From: Malacoraja senta
Taxonomy: Eukaryota
Direction of reading: 5' to 3'
Assembly (NCBI GenBank): GCA_038087875.1
Contig: CM075987.1
Span: 26,848,001-26,912,000 of the forward strand
Length of the DNA: 64,000 nucleotides
Positions 21,831-34,824 of the stretch are shown one piece after another. Under the pieces are notes generated by a model. That model worked only from the letters and a program-made list of their open reading frames with translations, was not told where the DNA came from and ran no database searches. Within the stretch, counting starts at the first letter, position 1, and every line of letters begins with the position of its first letter. The position numbers and the translations under genes are program-made.

Positions 21831-21930
21831 ATATAAATGTAAATTGTATCATGGGTGTGTAGGATAGTGTTAATGTGTGGGGATCGCTGGTCGGCGCGGA
21901 CTCGGTGGGCCTAAGGGCCCGTTTCCGCGC

Positions 21931-22239
21931 TGTATCTCTAAACTAAACTAAACTAAATTGTTAGCTGAAGTAATGAAGATAATTGCTATTGAGCATCCAG
22001 GGAAAAAGCTGCATGATCTGATCCTGACTTTTAGCGGCCTGTCTTTCATGTGTAGACTTAATGTAAGAAATGAGTATAAATTAATGATGGGTTTGGCAAG
22101 CGCCAAAAGGCTTGGCCTTGTAGTGAGGGTTGAAAGTAAGGATCTACTGAAGCCAACAGGCAGATTTCATGGGCATCCATGGTATAAGCCAGAGGCAATA
22201 TATAATCAATTAAAAGGAATAAAAAATGCTTCAATACTT
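21931..22239 (+). repeat. Dispersed duplication, copy 2
   Basis: Matches 17040-17349. Confidence 0.9.
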
Positions 22240-22871
22240 CAAACACTGTCACCTTCAAAACTATGATCATATTTCACCATTAATGAAAAACCCAAAGGTT
22301 TATAATATTTTGATGGGCCAAGTAACAGAGTTCATCTTTGTGGAATATTCCCAATGTTGGTGAGAGTCCAGAACCAGGGGGGTCACACAGTTTAAGAATA
22401 AGGGGTTGGCCATTTTGGACTGAGATGAGGAAATACTTTTTCACTCAGAGAGTTGGAATCGGTGGAATTCTCTCCCACAGAAGGCAGTGGAGGCCAATTT
22501 GCTGGATGTTTTCAAGAGAGAGTTGGATTTAGCTCTTTGGGCTAAAGGAATCAAGGGATATGGGGAGAAAGCAGGAACGGGGTACTGATTTTGGGTGATC
22601 AGCCATGATCATATTGAATGGCGGTTAAATGGCCTACTCCTGCACCTGTTTTATATGTTTCTGGAAGAGTCACAACCCTTGCATAACTTTAAAAGCTTAT
22701 TTTTCCTTCACTGCATTTTAGATTCACTGTTATTTAAATTGGGTGCAATTAGTAGTGAGGCATAAAGACAATCAAGAATACATCAAAATATTCCAAACTG
22801 TAGCAGGGTGTTAATGGCAAGCAATGTATGGTAGTTATTGATATCTTGCTGAGAAGAAAATGTGATAGAAA

Positions 22872-24890
22872 ATACATTGGATCTTTTTCTGGATACAGAA
22901 TAAATTGGAATAAAAGTGAAATTACGTCAATAAAACCGAAAGACTCAACACATCTTTTAAAATTCCCTTAAAATAGCTACAGAAAAATTTAAATACTTGG
23001 GAATCAAAATCACTAGAACATATCAAGGCATGTTTAAAGCAAATTTTGATCCTTTACTTAATAAATTAAATACACTAATTAAATTTTGGAAAACGTTCCC
23101 GATGTCTTTAATAGGCCAAATAAATGCAATAAAAATGATCTTCTTACCACAAATTTTATACCTATTTCAATCGATTCCTATATAACTACCAAAGAAGTTT
23201 TTTTTTAAACTGGATTCAGACATTACTAATTTTATATGGGACTATAAATCACATAGAATACAAAGAACACACTTGAACAAAGCTAAAGTATTAGGGGGCT
23301 TAGCACTCCCTAACTTCATGTATTATTATTGGTCAGTAAACATTAAAAATATGATTCAACTGATGGACAACTCTGCCCAGCAAGTGGATTGGATTGTAAT
23401 GGAGAGAGAAGACTGCTCCTCTGGAAACATTGGAGCGATCCTCCTCTCACCAATGAAACTGAATAACATATATTATAACAAAAACCCAATTATACATAGT
23501 ACAATCAGAACTTGGAAACAAATAAAACAAAATTTAAAATTAAGAAATTTATCGCTTTTATCACCTATAATAAATAACCCTTCATTTAATCCCTCTATTA
23601 CAGACAAATCTTTCATACAATGGGATAGACTAGGAATTTAAACGTTCGGTGACTTGTACGAAACTGGAAAATTACTATCATTCCAACAATTACAAATAAA
23701 ATATAAACTCGGAAATAATCAATATTTTAAATATTTTCAAATATGTGACTATTTGAAAAAATATACAAAAGACCATTATAATATCCCAGCAGATGTATTG
23801 GATGAAGCAATGCAGATAAAAGCTGAATCAGCAAACTTAATATCATATTTGTATAATATTATCTTAAATGTAGAAATACCATCTACGGAAGGTATTAGAA
23901 GAGACTGGGAACAAGAATTGGCTATTAAAATCTCAAAGGAAAGGTGGAATGAACATTTATTAAACGTGCATAAATGTTCGATTAATGTAAGACACAACTT
24001 AATACAATTTAAAATTTTACATAGATTATATTATTCCAAAACTAAAATCAATAACATTTTCCCAAATGTATCATCAATTTGTGATAAATGTCAATCTCAA
24101 GAAGCTACTATAGCGCACTCATTTGTTTTCTGTACAAAAATTCAAACATTTTGGATTGAAATTTTTGAAATCTTTACAAAATAATTTAAAATAAAACTGA
24201 TACCCAAAGCAGAATGGATTATCTTCGGAACAACGGAAGATAGTCCAGAACTAAATGTGTTCCAAAAGAAATTAATAGACTATGGGTTAATAACTGGAAA
24301 AAAGTTAATCCTAAAATTCTGGAAAAACGCTCCAATACCAACTATAAACATGTGGATTTCAAATATGTTCGAAACACTACACCTAGAAGAGATAAGACTC
24401 CTCCTGGCAGGTAAACCAGATCACTTCCACCTGACGTGGTCTGCATTTATAGAATTATTACAAGTATAGGGTGCAAAAGTACTAAAAAAAAACTGAGGTT
24501 AGGTAAGGTGGATGAAAGCTGGAGAGTTGGTATATCCCATTTGCGTGATGCTTACAACAACTATTTGTTTTTCTCTTTTTCCTCTTTCTCTTTTTTCTTC
24601 TTTTTTAGGGTCTATTTCTTAATCCTTTCTTTTTGTTTTTAATTTCTTTCTTATAGGGTCTTTGTTTTTTTTGTTTTTTTTGTTGTCACGTTTTTTACAC
24701 TTTCACTTTTTTTATTCACTTTCTTCTTTCTCTCAATCTCATCCTTTCCCTTTATTAGTGTAAAAAATAAACGGAGTACATTAATTGTAATAAGATATAC
24801 GTGACGAGTACTAATGTAATTGGTTGTAATCTAATGTACTAATAAATACAAATTAAAAAAAATTAAAAAAATTAAAAATAAAATAAAAAA
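22872..24890 (+). mobile_element. L1-clade LINE, 5'-truncated ORF2 pseudogene + 3'UTR + poly(A)
   Basis: SFSGYRINWNKSE, KYLGIKI, GGLALPNFMYYYW, QFKILHRLYYS, CDKC..ATIAHSFVFC (CCHC), split by stops and frameshifts; U-rich UTR; A-rich tail 24850-24890. Confidence 0.9.
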
Positions 24891-26189
24891 CATTCAAAAC
24901 ACTAAAATGTTTTCAATCTTTCAGACGACAGAGATTATTTGTTCAGGAAGGAACTGCAGATGCTGGTTTGCTCTGAAGATAGACACTAAATGCTGGAGTA
25001 ACTCAGCAGGACAGGCAGCTTCACTGAAGGGAAGGGATGGGTGACATTTCGGATCGAGACCCTTCTTCAGACTGAAAGTCAGGGGAGGGGAAACTGAGAG
25101 ATATGAAAAGATAGAACAAATTAATGAAAGATATGAAGGCAGGTACTGTATATCACCACTTTTTTCTTTCTTTCTCTTTTTGTCCTTTTATTTATTTATA
25201 AATAAAAAAATTCTATTCCTCTCTTCTTTCTTTCATTTATTCACTCTTTGGCTCCACCACTTTGGTGGTCTAGGGGTTCTATATTTGCACATCTCACTTT
25301 TTCTCTTTCTTGCTTTTACACATACCCCAAGCCAATTGACCTACAATCCTGTGCGTCTGTGGAGTGTGGGAGGAAACCGAAGATCTCGGGGAGAACGTAC
25401 AAACTCCGTACAGATCGATCCCTGGTCTCTGGTGCTGTGAGGCGGAAACTCCACAACTGCTCCACCGTGCAACGATGATGAAGGAAAGGCGGAGCCCACA
25501 ATGGTCCGTTGCTGGCTGCGGTGAAGGTGATAACGTGTGGATGCAAACAGTGAAACTCAGCAGGACCACAGTGAAACTGGTACGACGACTAGGGTGGGAG
25601 GGGGACGGGGGGAGAGAGGGAGGGGATGCAAGGGTTACTTGAAGTTAGAGAGCTGTGAATATCATCCATAGAATGACAGAAGTAATTCCGCCACGGTTCT
25701 TAATCCTTCCATAAAGTATAAATCTAAACCAGATGAGTATCAGATCTGTTTACTGGAACTTATGCAAGCTCGATGGGATTTATTTTCCTATTACAGATAG
25801 TCTGTAGCCAAGATCACAGGAATTTGACATACCTGATCACGCAGCAACAGGAATGTGATATAAGGCTTGTGTTCTGCTTGAAATCAGGGATGAAGTGGAA
25901 TATTTCGTCGTCTCCTAGTCTGAGTCACAGAGAACACTGGATTTGTTTATCCTCTTTGGGACATCCTCCACACCAGCCATACAATAGCCAGACCCAGGTT
26001 TGATCCTAACTACGGGTGCTGTCTGTACGGAGTATCTACGTCCCCCCTGTGACCCACGTGGGTTTTCTCCGGGTGCTCCTGCACCCACCCACACTCCAAA
26101 GACGGACAGATTTGCAGCTTAATTGGCTTGGTTTAAATGTAAATTGTCCCTAATGTGTGTAGGGTAGTGTTATTGGACGGGGTCACTGG

Positions 26190-26545
26190 TGTGGGGAGGG
26201 GAGGGGTGGGGAGGGGAGGAGAGGAGAGGGGTGGAGAGGAGAGGGGATGAGCAGAGAGGTGAGGGTAGGGCAGGGGAGGAGAGGAGAAGAGAGGAGAGGA
26301 GAGGAGAGGGGTTGAGGGAGAGGGGTGGAGAGGAGAGTGGAGGAAAGAGGTGGAGAGGAGAGGAGAGAGAAGAGTAGAGGGGAGGAGGAGAGGGGAGCAG
26401 CAGAGAGGTGAGGGTAGGGAGTAGAGGAGAGGAGAGGGTGGAGAGGGGTGGGGAGAGTGGTGGAAAGAGTGGTGGAAAGAGGAAGGGGATGGAAAGGAGA
26501 GGGGAGGAGAGAGGAGAGGGGAGGGAGGGGAGAGGAGAGGAGACA
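26190..26545. repeat. Purine-rich (GGAGA)n-like low-complexity expansion at the 3' part of a V-SINE (25975-26190)
   Basis: Direct observation. Confidence 0.9.
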
Positions 26546-26999
26546 GTGAACATGGATGCCTGGCACATTTGTTTTTTTGTAAAAATGTAATTGGAGCCAA
26601 ATGGAAAATTGAACATATGCTGAAAATGGGAGCCATTATATTTTAAAAGGTATTCATTTTTTCCCTTAAATTGTACTTGAAGATAATAAAAAGAGGATTT
26701 TAAAAAATCCATCTCACTTTATGTTCAACTCCCAAAAATTGACAGGCTTAACATTCTGGGAGAACAAGTAGTTTAATAATTCATCATTTGCCACTTGGTT
26801 GCTAATTCCTTTCTGTACATCGAGGTTCAAATATTGGTATAGTGCAAATATAAGAGGTTTGGAAAATGGGATAATTTCTTCGGGCAAGGAGGCACTCCAG
26901 GTTTAAGAAAGAACTGTGGGCTTGAAACTATCAGAAATAATGACCAGTCTAATTATAATTCATCCCTTCCACTTCCATATTCCAGTAGGACTCTGTGTC

Positions 27000-27535
27000 A
27001 CAAGTTCATAGGTTCTCGGAGCAGAATTAGCCCATTCGGCCCATCAAGATTACTCTGCCATTCAATCATGGCTGATCTATCTTTCCCTCTCAACCCCATT
27101 CTCCTGCCTTCTCCCCATAACCCCTGACACCCGTACTAATCTTGAATCTGTCAATCTCTGCCTTAAAAATATCCAATGTCTTGGCCTCCACAGCCATCTG
27201 TGGCAAAGAACTCCACAGATTCACCACCCTCTGACTAAAGGAATTCTTCCTCATCACCTTTCTAAAGGTTTTGTCCTTTTATTCTGAGGCTGTGTCCTCT
27301 GGTCCTAGACTCTCCCACTAGTGGAAATATCCTCTCCACATTCACTCTATCCAGGCCTTTCACCATTCGGTAAGATTCAATGAGGTCCCCCCCTTATCGA
27401 GTACAGGCCCAGTGCCTTCAAAGGCTTATCATACATACGTGAATCCAATCATTCCTGGGATCATTCTCATAAACCTCCTCTGGACCCTCTCCAATGCCAA
27501 CAAATCACTCCTGAGGGCCCAAAACTGCTCACAAT
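27000..27535 (-). mobile_element. CR1 LINE 3' fragment
   Basis: Reverse complement of the CR1 ORF2 end and 3'UTR. Confidence 0.85.
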
Positions 27536-28679
27536 GTCCAGCCTTCTTCTTTTGACATTAAGTTATTGCGATGTTTAATGATGTTATTGGTGTAAACAGG
27601 TAAATTATGTAAATATGACAGTGTTTCGTTGTAATTTTCTCTGAAATTCAGGGACACGTGTTCAATCCAATTTTACAAATTAAAATTCCATGTGCAAAAA
27701 ACTCACACAAGCCTCTCATTATTTTGCCTGTGCAATTTAATTTTTAATCAAACAGCAAGCATTGCCATTTAATGTTTTGTTTCTAATAGCTCCACAACTA
27801 ATTGCATAGTTTTGGAACATATGTAATGATTAAAACTTATTCAAATTTAATAAACCAGAGAGATGAATCCCATTCATAATTTATCACCATAAGGTTTGTT
27901 CTGAGTTGCTTTCATGATGAGGCCTTCATTAAAACGCTCCTAGCTATTGGCTCTAATGAAGGGAGACGTCGGAGATAGAGCTTAACAACATTTCCACTCA
28001 AAAACTATAATTTTGCGTCTTACGAAGCGATTTTGACATTAGTGGAATGTCAAAGCATTTTTTTCAACAGAGCATAAATAAGACGGGGAAAAAATGAGCG
28101 AAAGACAATATCACCAACAGCGAAATAAATTGGAGAGTTTTTGAGCAGATGGGAGGGAAGGTGATGACGTCACCCTTGAGTTCAACTTCTAGATTAGGTG
28201 AAGATAGACCACAGGGTGCTGGAGTAACTCAAAGGGTCAGGCAGCATCTCTGGAAAGAATGGACAAGTGACGTTTCGGGTCGGGACCCTTCTTCAGACTG
28301 ATTGTAGAGTAGGTGAAGATATTACTGGATAAATCAAATTGGAGATGCACCAAAAGACCTACATTGACAAAGTCTAGAGTTTATGGAGTGATACAGAGTG
28401 GAAACAGGCACTTCAGCCAACTTGCCCACACTGGCCAGGGAGATGGCAGGAACGGGGTCCTGATTGTGGATGATCAGCCATGATCACATTGAATGGCGAT
28501 GCTGGCTCGAAGGGCTGAGTGGCCTACTCCTGCACCTATTGTCTATGTTTCTATGTATCTATGACCAACATGTCCCATCCACATTGGTTCCACCAACCTG
28601 TGTTTGGCCCATATCCCTCTAAACTTTTTTTTACTGCAATTTTTGACAACAGCCAGGATTAAAACATCACATGAGAGCA

Positions 28680-28885
28680 GTTCAGTTCAGTATATTGTCA
28701 CGTGTACTGAGGTACAATGAACAGCTTTTGTTGCGTGCTAACCAGTCAGCGGAAAGACAACACATTGATTACAATCGAGCTATTCACAGTGTACAGATAC
28801 ATGATAAGGGAATAACGTTTAGTGCAAGGTAAAGCCAGCAACGTCTGAGCAAGGATAGTCCGAGGGTCTCCAAAGAGGTAGAATA
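28680..28885 (-). mobile_element. Rex1-type 3'UTR
   Basis: Reverse complement matches the UTR downstream of the Rex1 ORF end at 30985-31215; (CTGAA)n tail. Confidence 0.7.
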
Positions 28886-30059
28886 AGGTAGATAGGATAG
28901 AAGGAACAATGGAGGGCTTGGCATGGGGGGGGGGGCATGAGGGGGTGTGGGGAGGGGAGAACAAAGGGGAACCTGTTGCAGTGTACTTTGTGACTGTCGG
29001 TGCCCTTTCTGTGGCAGCTATTTGCATACCTTGGGTATGCAAGCAAAGAATTTCACGTGACTTGTCTATTTTCATGAGTACCGAGGTACAGCATCCTTCT
29101 GATTAATTTGCAGTTTGTGTGCCTCCTTGTCACCTACCCCTCAGCCAATAATGAACCATTCTACATTTCCTTATCATTGCCTGCTTTGCTCTGTCATTTT
29201 CACACCTTACATTCTCTTTGTGCCCTTCCATATCTCTGTGTCTCCCTCGCCCCCGACTCTCAGTCTGAAGAGGGGTCTCGACCCGAAACGGCACCCATTC
29301 CTTCTCTCCGCGGACGCTGCCTGTCCCGCCGAGTTACTCCAGCATTTTGTGTCCATCTCTGGTGTTTACCAGCATCTGCGGTTCCTTCCGACACGTTGAA
29401 GCTACATCTCCTGACATGCCTGAGGGGGCTGTAAATCAGCAAGACCGATCGCAAACTCAGTGAAAAGGGAAGTGGAGGACAAGAATATGGCAAAGGTTTG
29501 CCTTCAGGATCAACTATTGCGCAGGAATTTCGCACAGATTCTCACGGCACTGATCAACTGTTGACAGGCTGAATAAATAATGCAAGGACACAAGGATATT
29601 GTGATGGGACAGGAGCGGATAATGGGATGAATTAACACCAGAAATATATCTCAACAAGTGCGGAGCTCAGCACTTTTACAAGGCTCGTGCATAATTTAAA
29701 AAACGAGCATGGCTTTAATTCAAATCTCACAGCTGTTTAATTACACGACTCATCTGCCATACATTCTCCTCCCACCATCTCCAGAACTATATTTAACCAT
29801 AGCTAATGGGCTAGAACCTGGTTCGAATTGCACCTGATATATGCCCATAATTCGATCTATATTCGAGCTGCAAGGATGAGAGATTCGGTGTTTGTGAGGG
29901 TTATATTTTTCTTCTGCCTTAAACCCCCCATTTAGTTCCTGGACGAACTCAAGAGACGTCCACTTGGGCAAGGTGTTGGAAGTCACTCTATAGTCTATGG
30001 CTACGGTGTGACATCATGAAAAAGTGTCAGAAGGGAAGGTAAAATCTCCAACTTAATTT

Positions 30060-30490
30060 GTGGCAAGGAACTGCAGATGCTGGTTTAAACCAAAGACAGA
30101 CACAAAAAGCTGGGGTAACTCAGCGGGACAGGCAGCATCTCTGGAGAGAAGGAATGGTTGGCATTTCAGGTCGAGACCCTTCTTCAGACTGGTTACGGAT
30201 AAGGGATAAGTGCCTTGGCATTCCCTCTCTCTCTATCCCACCCCCACCCAAGTCACATCAGTTCTCGTTTTCACCCAACAAACAGCTAACAATGGCTGTC
30301 TCCTTTATCATCGTTACTTTTTTGCCTATCTTCTATTCATTGTTCTTTATCTCTCCACATCATCGTCTATATCTCTCGTTTCCCTTATCCCTAACCAGTC
30401 TGAAGAAGGGTCTCGACCCGAAACGTCATCCATTTCCTTCTCTCCCGAGATGCTGCCCGTCCCGCTGAGTTACTCCAGCTTTTTTGTGTA
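30060..30490. mobile_element. PLE-derived inverted pair (minus copy 30060-30210, plus copy 30215-30490)
   Basis: Two oppositely oriented pLTR segments; hammerhead-like core CTGAAGAAGGGTCTCGACCCGAAACGTC at 30400-30427. Confidence 0.75.
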
Positions 30491-30984
30491 TTTCTCCAAC
30501 TTAATTGTTAGCCTGCAGACCATCTTGAAGGCATATTTATATTTATGTCTTGAAGGAATTCTATTTCATATCATTTGGCAACAGCACATCCATAAGTATT
30601 CGTTCCTTTTCACTCTTGAACGCTTCACTAAATTGTGCCTGATAAATTCACTGGGGATCAGCAACCCGAATTGATGGCCTTTAATGGGAAGATGTTAATG
30701 ATAAAGTTAACATTCTGCCTTTTAAAAAACAATTAAGAATTTAAGGACATTGAAATTCATGTTCTGAAATTATTGTCATTCACTTTTCAACAGGAGAAAA
30801 ATTATAGCCTGAATTTATGGTGCATTATTTTTTGAATAATGCAAAGCATTAAATCTTCCACTTACTGCATAATTCACAGGATTAGGTGGTCTTCCTGTGG
30901 CCGGTCTGCTCCATCTCACAGCACTCAGTATTGTGCTGTTTTGCGTTTCACATCTCCACACAGACGGAAACGTTAAACAGCCCC

Positions 30985-31215
30985 CTCTCCCATCGGGCAA
31001 AGGGTACAGGAGTGTGGAAAAACCACACACCTCCAGATTCAGGGACAGTTTCTTCCCAGCTGTTATCAGACAACTGAACCATCCTACCACAACCATAGAG
31101 CAGTGCTGGACTACTATCTACTTCATTTGGAGACCCTCAGACTACCATTTGTTCAGACTTCACTGGTTTTACGTTGCACTAAACGTTATTCCTTTATCAT
31201 GTATCTGTACACTGT
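30985..31215 (+). mobile_element. Rex1/Babar 3' fragment
   Basis: PLPSGKGYRSV...TSRFRDSFFPAVIRQLN. Confidence 0.85.
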
Positions 31216-31329
31216 AAAGGGCCTGTCCCACTTGGCGATTTCTGCAGCGATGCTGCCTGTCCCGCTGAGTTACGCCAGCATTTTGTGTCTATCTTCACCC
31301 TACCCCCACCCCCACTCCTGCCTGCACTC

Positions 31330-32045
31330 AGTCTGAAGAAGGGCCACGACCTGAAACATCACCTATCCATGTTCTCCACAGATGCTGCCTGACCCGCTGA
31401 GTTACTCCAGCACTCTGTGAAACGTCACCTATCCATGTTCTCCACAGATGCTGCCGTCCAGCGGAGTTACTCCAGCATCTTGTATCTGCCAGCCTATTAC
31501 CTGCCTGGCTTTGTCCTGCCCCTCCTCGCTTTCAGTTTTCTCTTTTCTCTCTACAATCAGTCTAAAGAAGGGTCCTGACCCGAAACGTCACCTATCCACG
31601 TTCTCCAGAGATGCTGCCTGACCCGCTGAGTTACTCCAGCACTCTGTGAAACGTCACCTACCCATGTTCTCCACAGATGCTGCCTGACCCGCTGAGTTAC
31701 TCCAGCACTCTGTGAAACGTCACCTATCCATGTTCTCCACAGATGCTGCCTGACCCGCTGAGTTACTCCAGCACTCTGTGAAACGTCACCTATCCATGAT
31801 CCGGCAGCATCTATGGAGCGAAGGAAATAGGCAACGTTTCGGCCCGAAACCCTTCCGGGTTTCGGCCCGAAACGTTGCCTATTTCCTTCAGGGTTTCGGC
31901 CCGAAAGGTTGCCCATTTCCTTCGCTCCACAGATGCTGCCTGACCCGCTGAGTTACTCCAGCACTCTGTGAAACGTCACCTATCCATGTTCTCCACAGAT
32001 GCTGCCTGACCCGCTGAGTTACTCCAGCACTTTGCGTCCTTTTGT
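31330..32045 (+). repeat. 66-bp tandem array derived from the PLE short repeat
   Basis: GAAACGTCACCTATCCATGTTCTCCACAGATGCTGCCTGACCCGCTGAGTTACTCCAGCACTCTGT recurs at 31582, 31648, 31714, 31780 and in flanking copies. Confidence 0.9.
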
Positions 32046-32689
32046 GGAAAATAAACAACAGAAGTTTGGAGAAAGTGGAAGAATGTATTCCCGGTTGAGA
32101 TGATAGTTTTGATAACAGCAGCGTTGCGTCTGTCTACACAACTGTGTTGCACACCGCCGAGTCACCGCAAATGACAACTTCTGCTAAACATGTAATTATG
32201 ATTTTCTCACATCACAATGCGCCAGCTCATAACCTTCATAAATCAGCTCGTAGACTGCGCGACAGGAGAGGATGCATTCAATACCAAACGCACTTTGTTT
32301 CCCATCAAGGGCATTAGCTGGTGGTCTCTCCACATTGAAGCTCATTTGCGTCACGGAAGGATTCTAATTTTAATCACAACTCACAACAGCGTGTGACGCG
32401 GCATTGGTATGAGTTATAGCGGAAAACAGGTTCGGGTGAAATTTCAATCTGCATGAATTATTATGTCAGTGTATGTCAAGAAATGGTTGGAAAATTTTCA
32501 TTATGAAGTCAGAGATGTAATTATTCAGCACAGTGAATTGGAACACAGCGCTTTGTGTGGGAAGCCTCGGAAATGTGCAAGGAAAGAGAATATGAATTTG
32601 TATGGTAAGAAAATCGTGAAAAGTGAGCAAATATTGTCTATGGTTTAATTGAGTCATGCAGCGTGGAAACAGGCCCTTCAGCGGGACAG

Positions 32690-33310
32690 GCAGGGAGTAT
32701 AGGAGCAGGGAGGTTCTACTGCAGTTGTACAGGGTCTTGGTGAGACCACACCTGGAGTATTGCGTACAGTTTTGGTCTCCAAATCTGAGGAAGGACATTA
32801 TAGCCATAGAGGGAGTGCAGAGAAGGTTCACCAGACTGATTCCTGGGATGTCAGGACTTTCATATGAAGAAAGACTGGATAGACTCGGCTTATACTCGCT
32901 AGAATTTAGGAGATTGAGAGGGGATCTTATAGAAACGTACAAAATTCTTATGGGGTTGGACAGGCTAGATGCAGGAAGATTGTTCCCGATGTTGGGGAAG
33001 TCCAGGACAAGGGGTCACAGCTTAAGGATTAAGGGGAAATCCTTTAAGACCGAGATGAGGAAAAACTTTTTCACACAGAGAGTGGTGAATCTCTGGAACT
33101 CTCTGCCACAGAGGGTAGTTGAGGCCAGTTCATTGGCTATATTTAAGAGGGAATTAGATGTGGCCCTTGTGGCTAAAGGGATCAGGGGTATGGGGAGAAG
33201 GCAGGTATGGGATACTGAGTTGGATGATCAGCCATGATCGTATTGAATGGCGGTGCAGGCTCGAAGGGCCGAATGGCCTACTCCTGCACCTATTTTCTAT
33301 GTATCTATGT
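32690..33310 (+). mobile_element. CR1 LINE 3' fragment with open ORF2 C-terminus
   Basis: YRSREVLLQLYRVLVRPHLEYCVQFWSP...IEGVQRRFTRLIPG...RGDLIETYKI...FFTQRVVNLWNSLP. Confidence 0.95.
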
Positions 33311-34824
33311 ATGTATCTCTGGAGAGAAGGAATGGGTGACGTTTCGTGCCGAGACCCTTCTTCAGACTCAGAGTCAGGGGAAAGGGAAACGAGAGATATA
33401 GACGGTGAGGTAGAGAGATATAGAACAAATGAATGAAAGATATGCAAAAAAGTAAAGATGAAACAGGAAACAGGCCGTTGTTAGCAGTTTGTTCGGTCAG
33501 AATGAGTTACAGACAATGAGTCTCATTGTCTCTTTACATCACCGTCTTTGGAGTGTGGGAGGAAACCGGAGCACCCGGAGAAAGCTCACGCAGGTCATGG
33601 GGAGAAGGTACAAACTCCGTACAGACAGCGCCCGTAGTCAGGATTGAACCCGGGTCTCTGGCGCTGTGAGGCAACTTTACCGCTGCGCCACCGTGCCGGC
33701 CCGAGGTGTCCAACTTGTGAAGCCAGGGAACGCACAGGTCAGACGTAACATGAAACCTTATTCATCTGTGCTGGCAGTACATTCTGTCTGCATTGTGAGT
33801 CGAGTGTTTGCCAGTGGGAATTTTCCATTCTTGATATCAGCAATACATGTGCCCTATTTGAAAGAGGGAGCCAATTCAGTCCCAATTAGTGCTTGGAGAA
33901 GCTGAATGCATTTCAGCTTTGGAGTCAGACCACTCCTGAACTGGTGAACTTGCCAAAGTAACTAATTGTATGGGAGTATATGGACAGGATATTATTCCAT
34001 TAATCCCTATATAAATATCCCTGTAATAGGCACACACATATATGCTCATGAAAGTTGCTCCTTTAATGAGGAATTTAGCATTCGGAAGAATGCTTGATAA
34101 CTTCTTCCTGGTTTATTAAGAATAATATTCTCTCTTGGACAGCACAGCTTCTGTCAATTTTCCCCAAGACTGAGAAATACACTTGTTGTAGTGGAAAGAA
34201 TAGTGCGGGCTAATAACTAGTAAATAGGGATGTGTCGGAAGGAACTGCAGATCATAAGATTATAAGTGATCATGTCATGGTAGTGTTTAAGAAAGAACTG
34301 CAGATGCCAGAAAAATCGAAGGTAGACAAAAATGCTGGAGAAACTCAGCCGGTGAGGCAGCATCTATGGAGCGACGGAATAGGTAACAGTTTGGGTTGAG
34401 ACCCTTCTTCAGACTTAAGGATAGTTTAATTAGGCCATTAGGCCCATCGTCTACTCTGCCATTCAATCATGGCTGATCTATCTCTCCCCCCTGACCCCAT
34501 TCTCCTGCCTTCTCCCCATAACCGCTGACACTAATCAAGAATCTATCTTGTTGACAGGCAGCATCTCTGGAGAGAAGGACAAGGTGACGTTTCTGGTTGA
34601 GACTCTTTCTCGACCCGAGACGTCACCCATTCCTTCTCTCCAGAGATGCTGCCTGACCCGCGGAGGTACTCCAGCATTTTGTGTCAGTCTTCTAAATAGG
34701 GATTCGGATGGTGCTAATGTGGTGACAGGCAACTGCAGGCAAAACTGACTGCAAACGTAGAGACATGGAAAGCTGCAGCTATGACACCCAAGTTTCAGGA
34801 ACCTCATTGATGATGTTATAGTCA

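Noticed and set aside
31330..32045. Regularly spaced repeats resembling a CRISPR array (also 19491-19627)
   Set aside because: Units are contiguous with no unique spacers, there are no cas genes, and the context is eukaryotic
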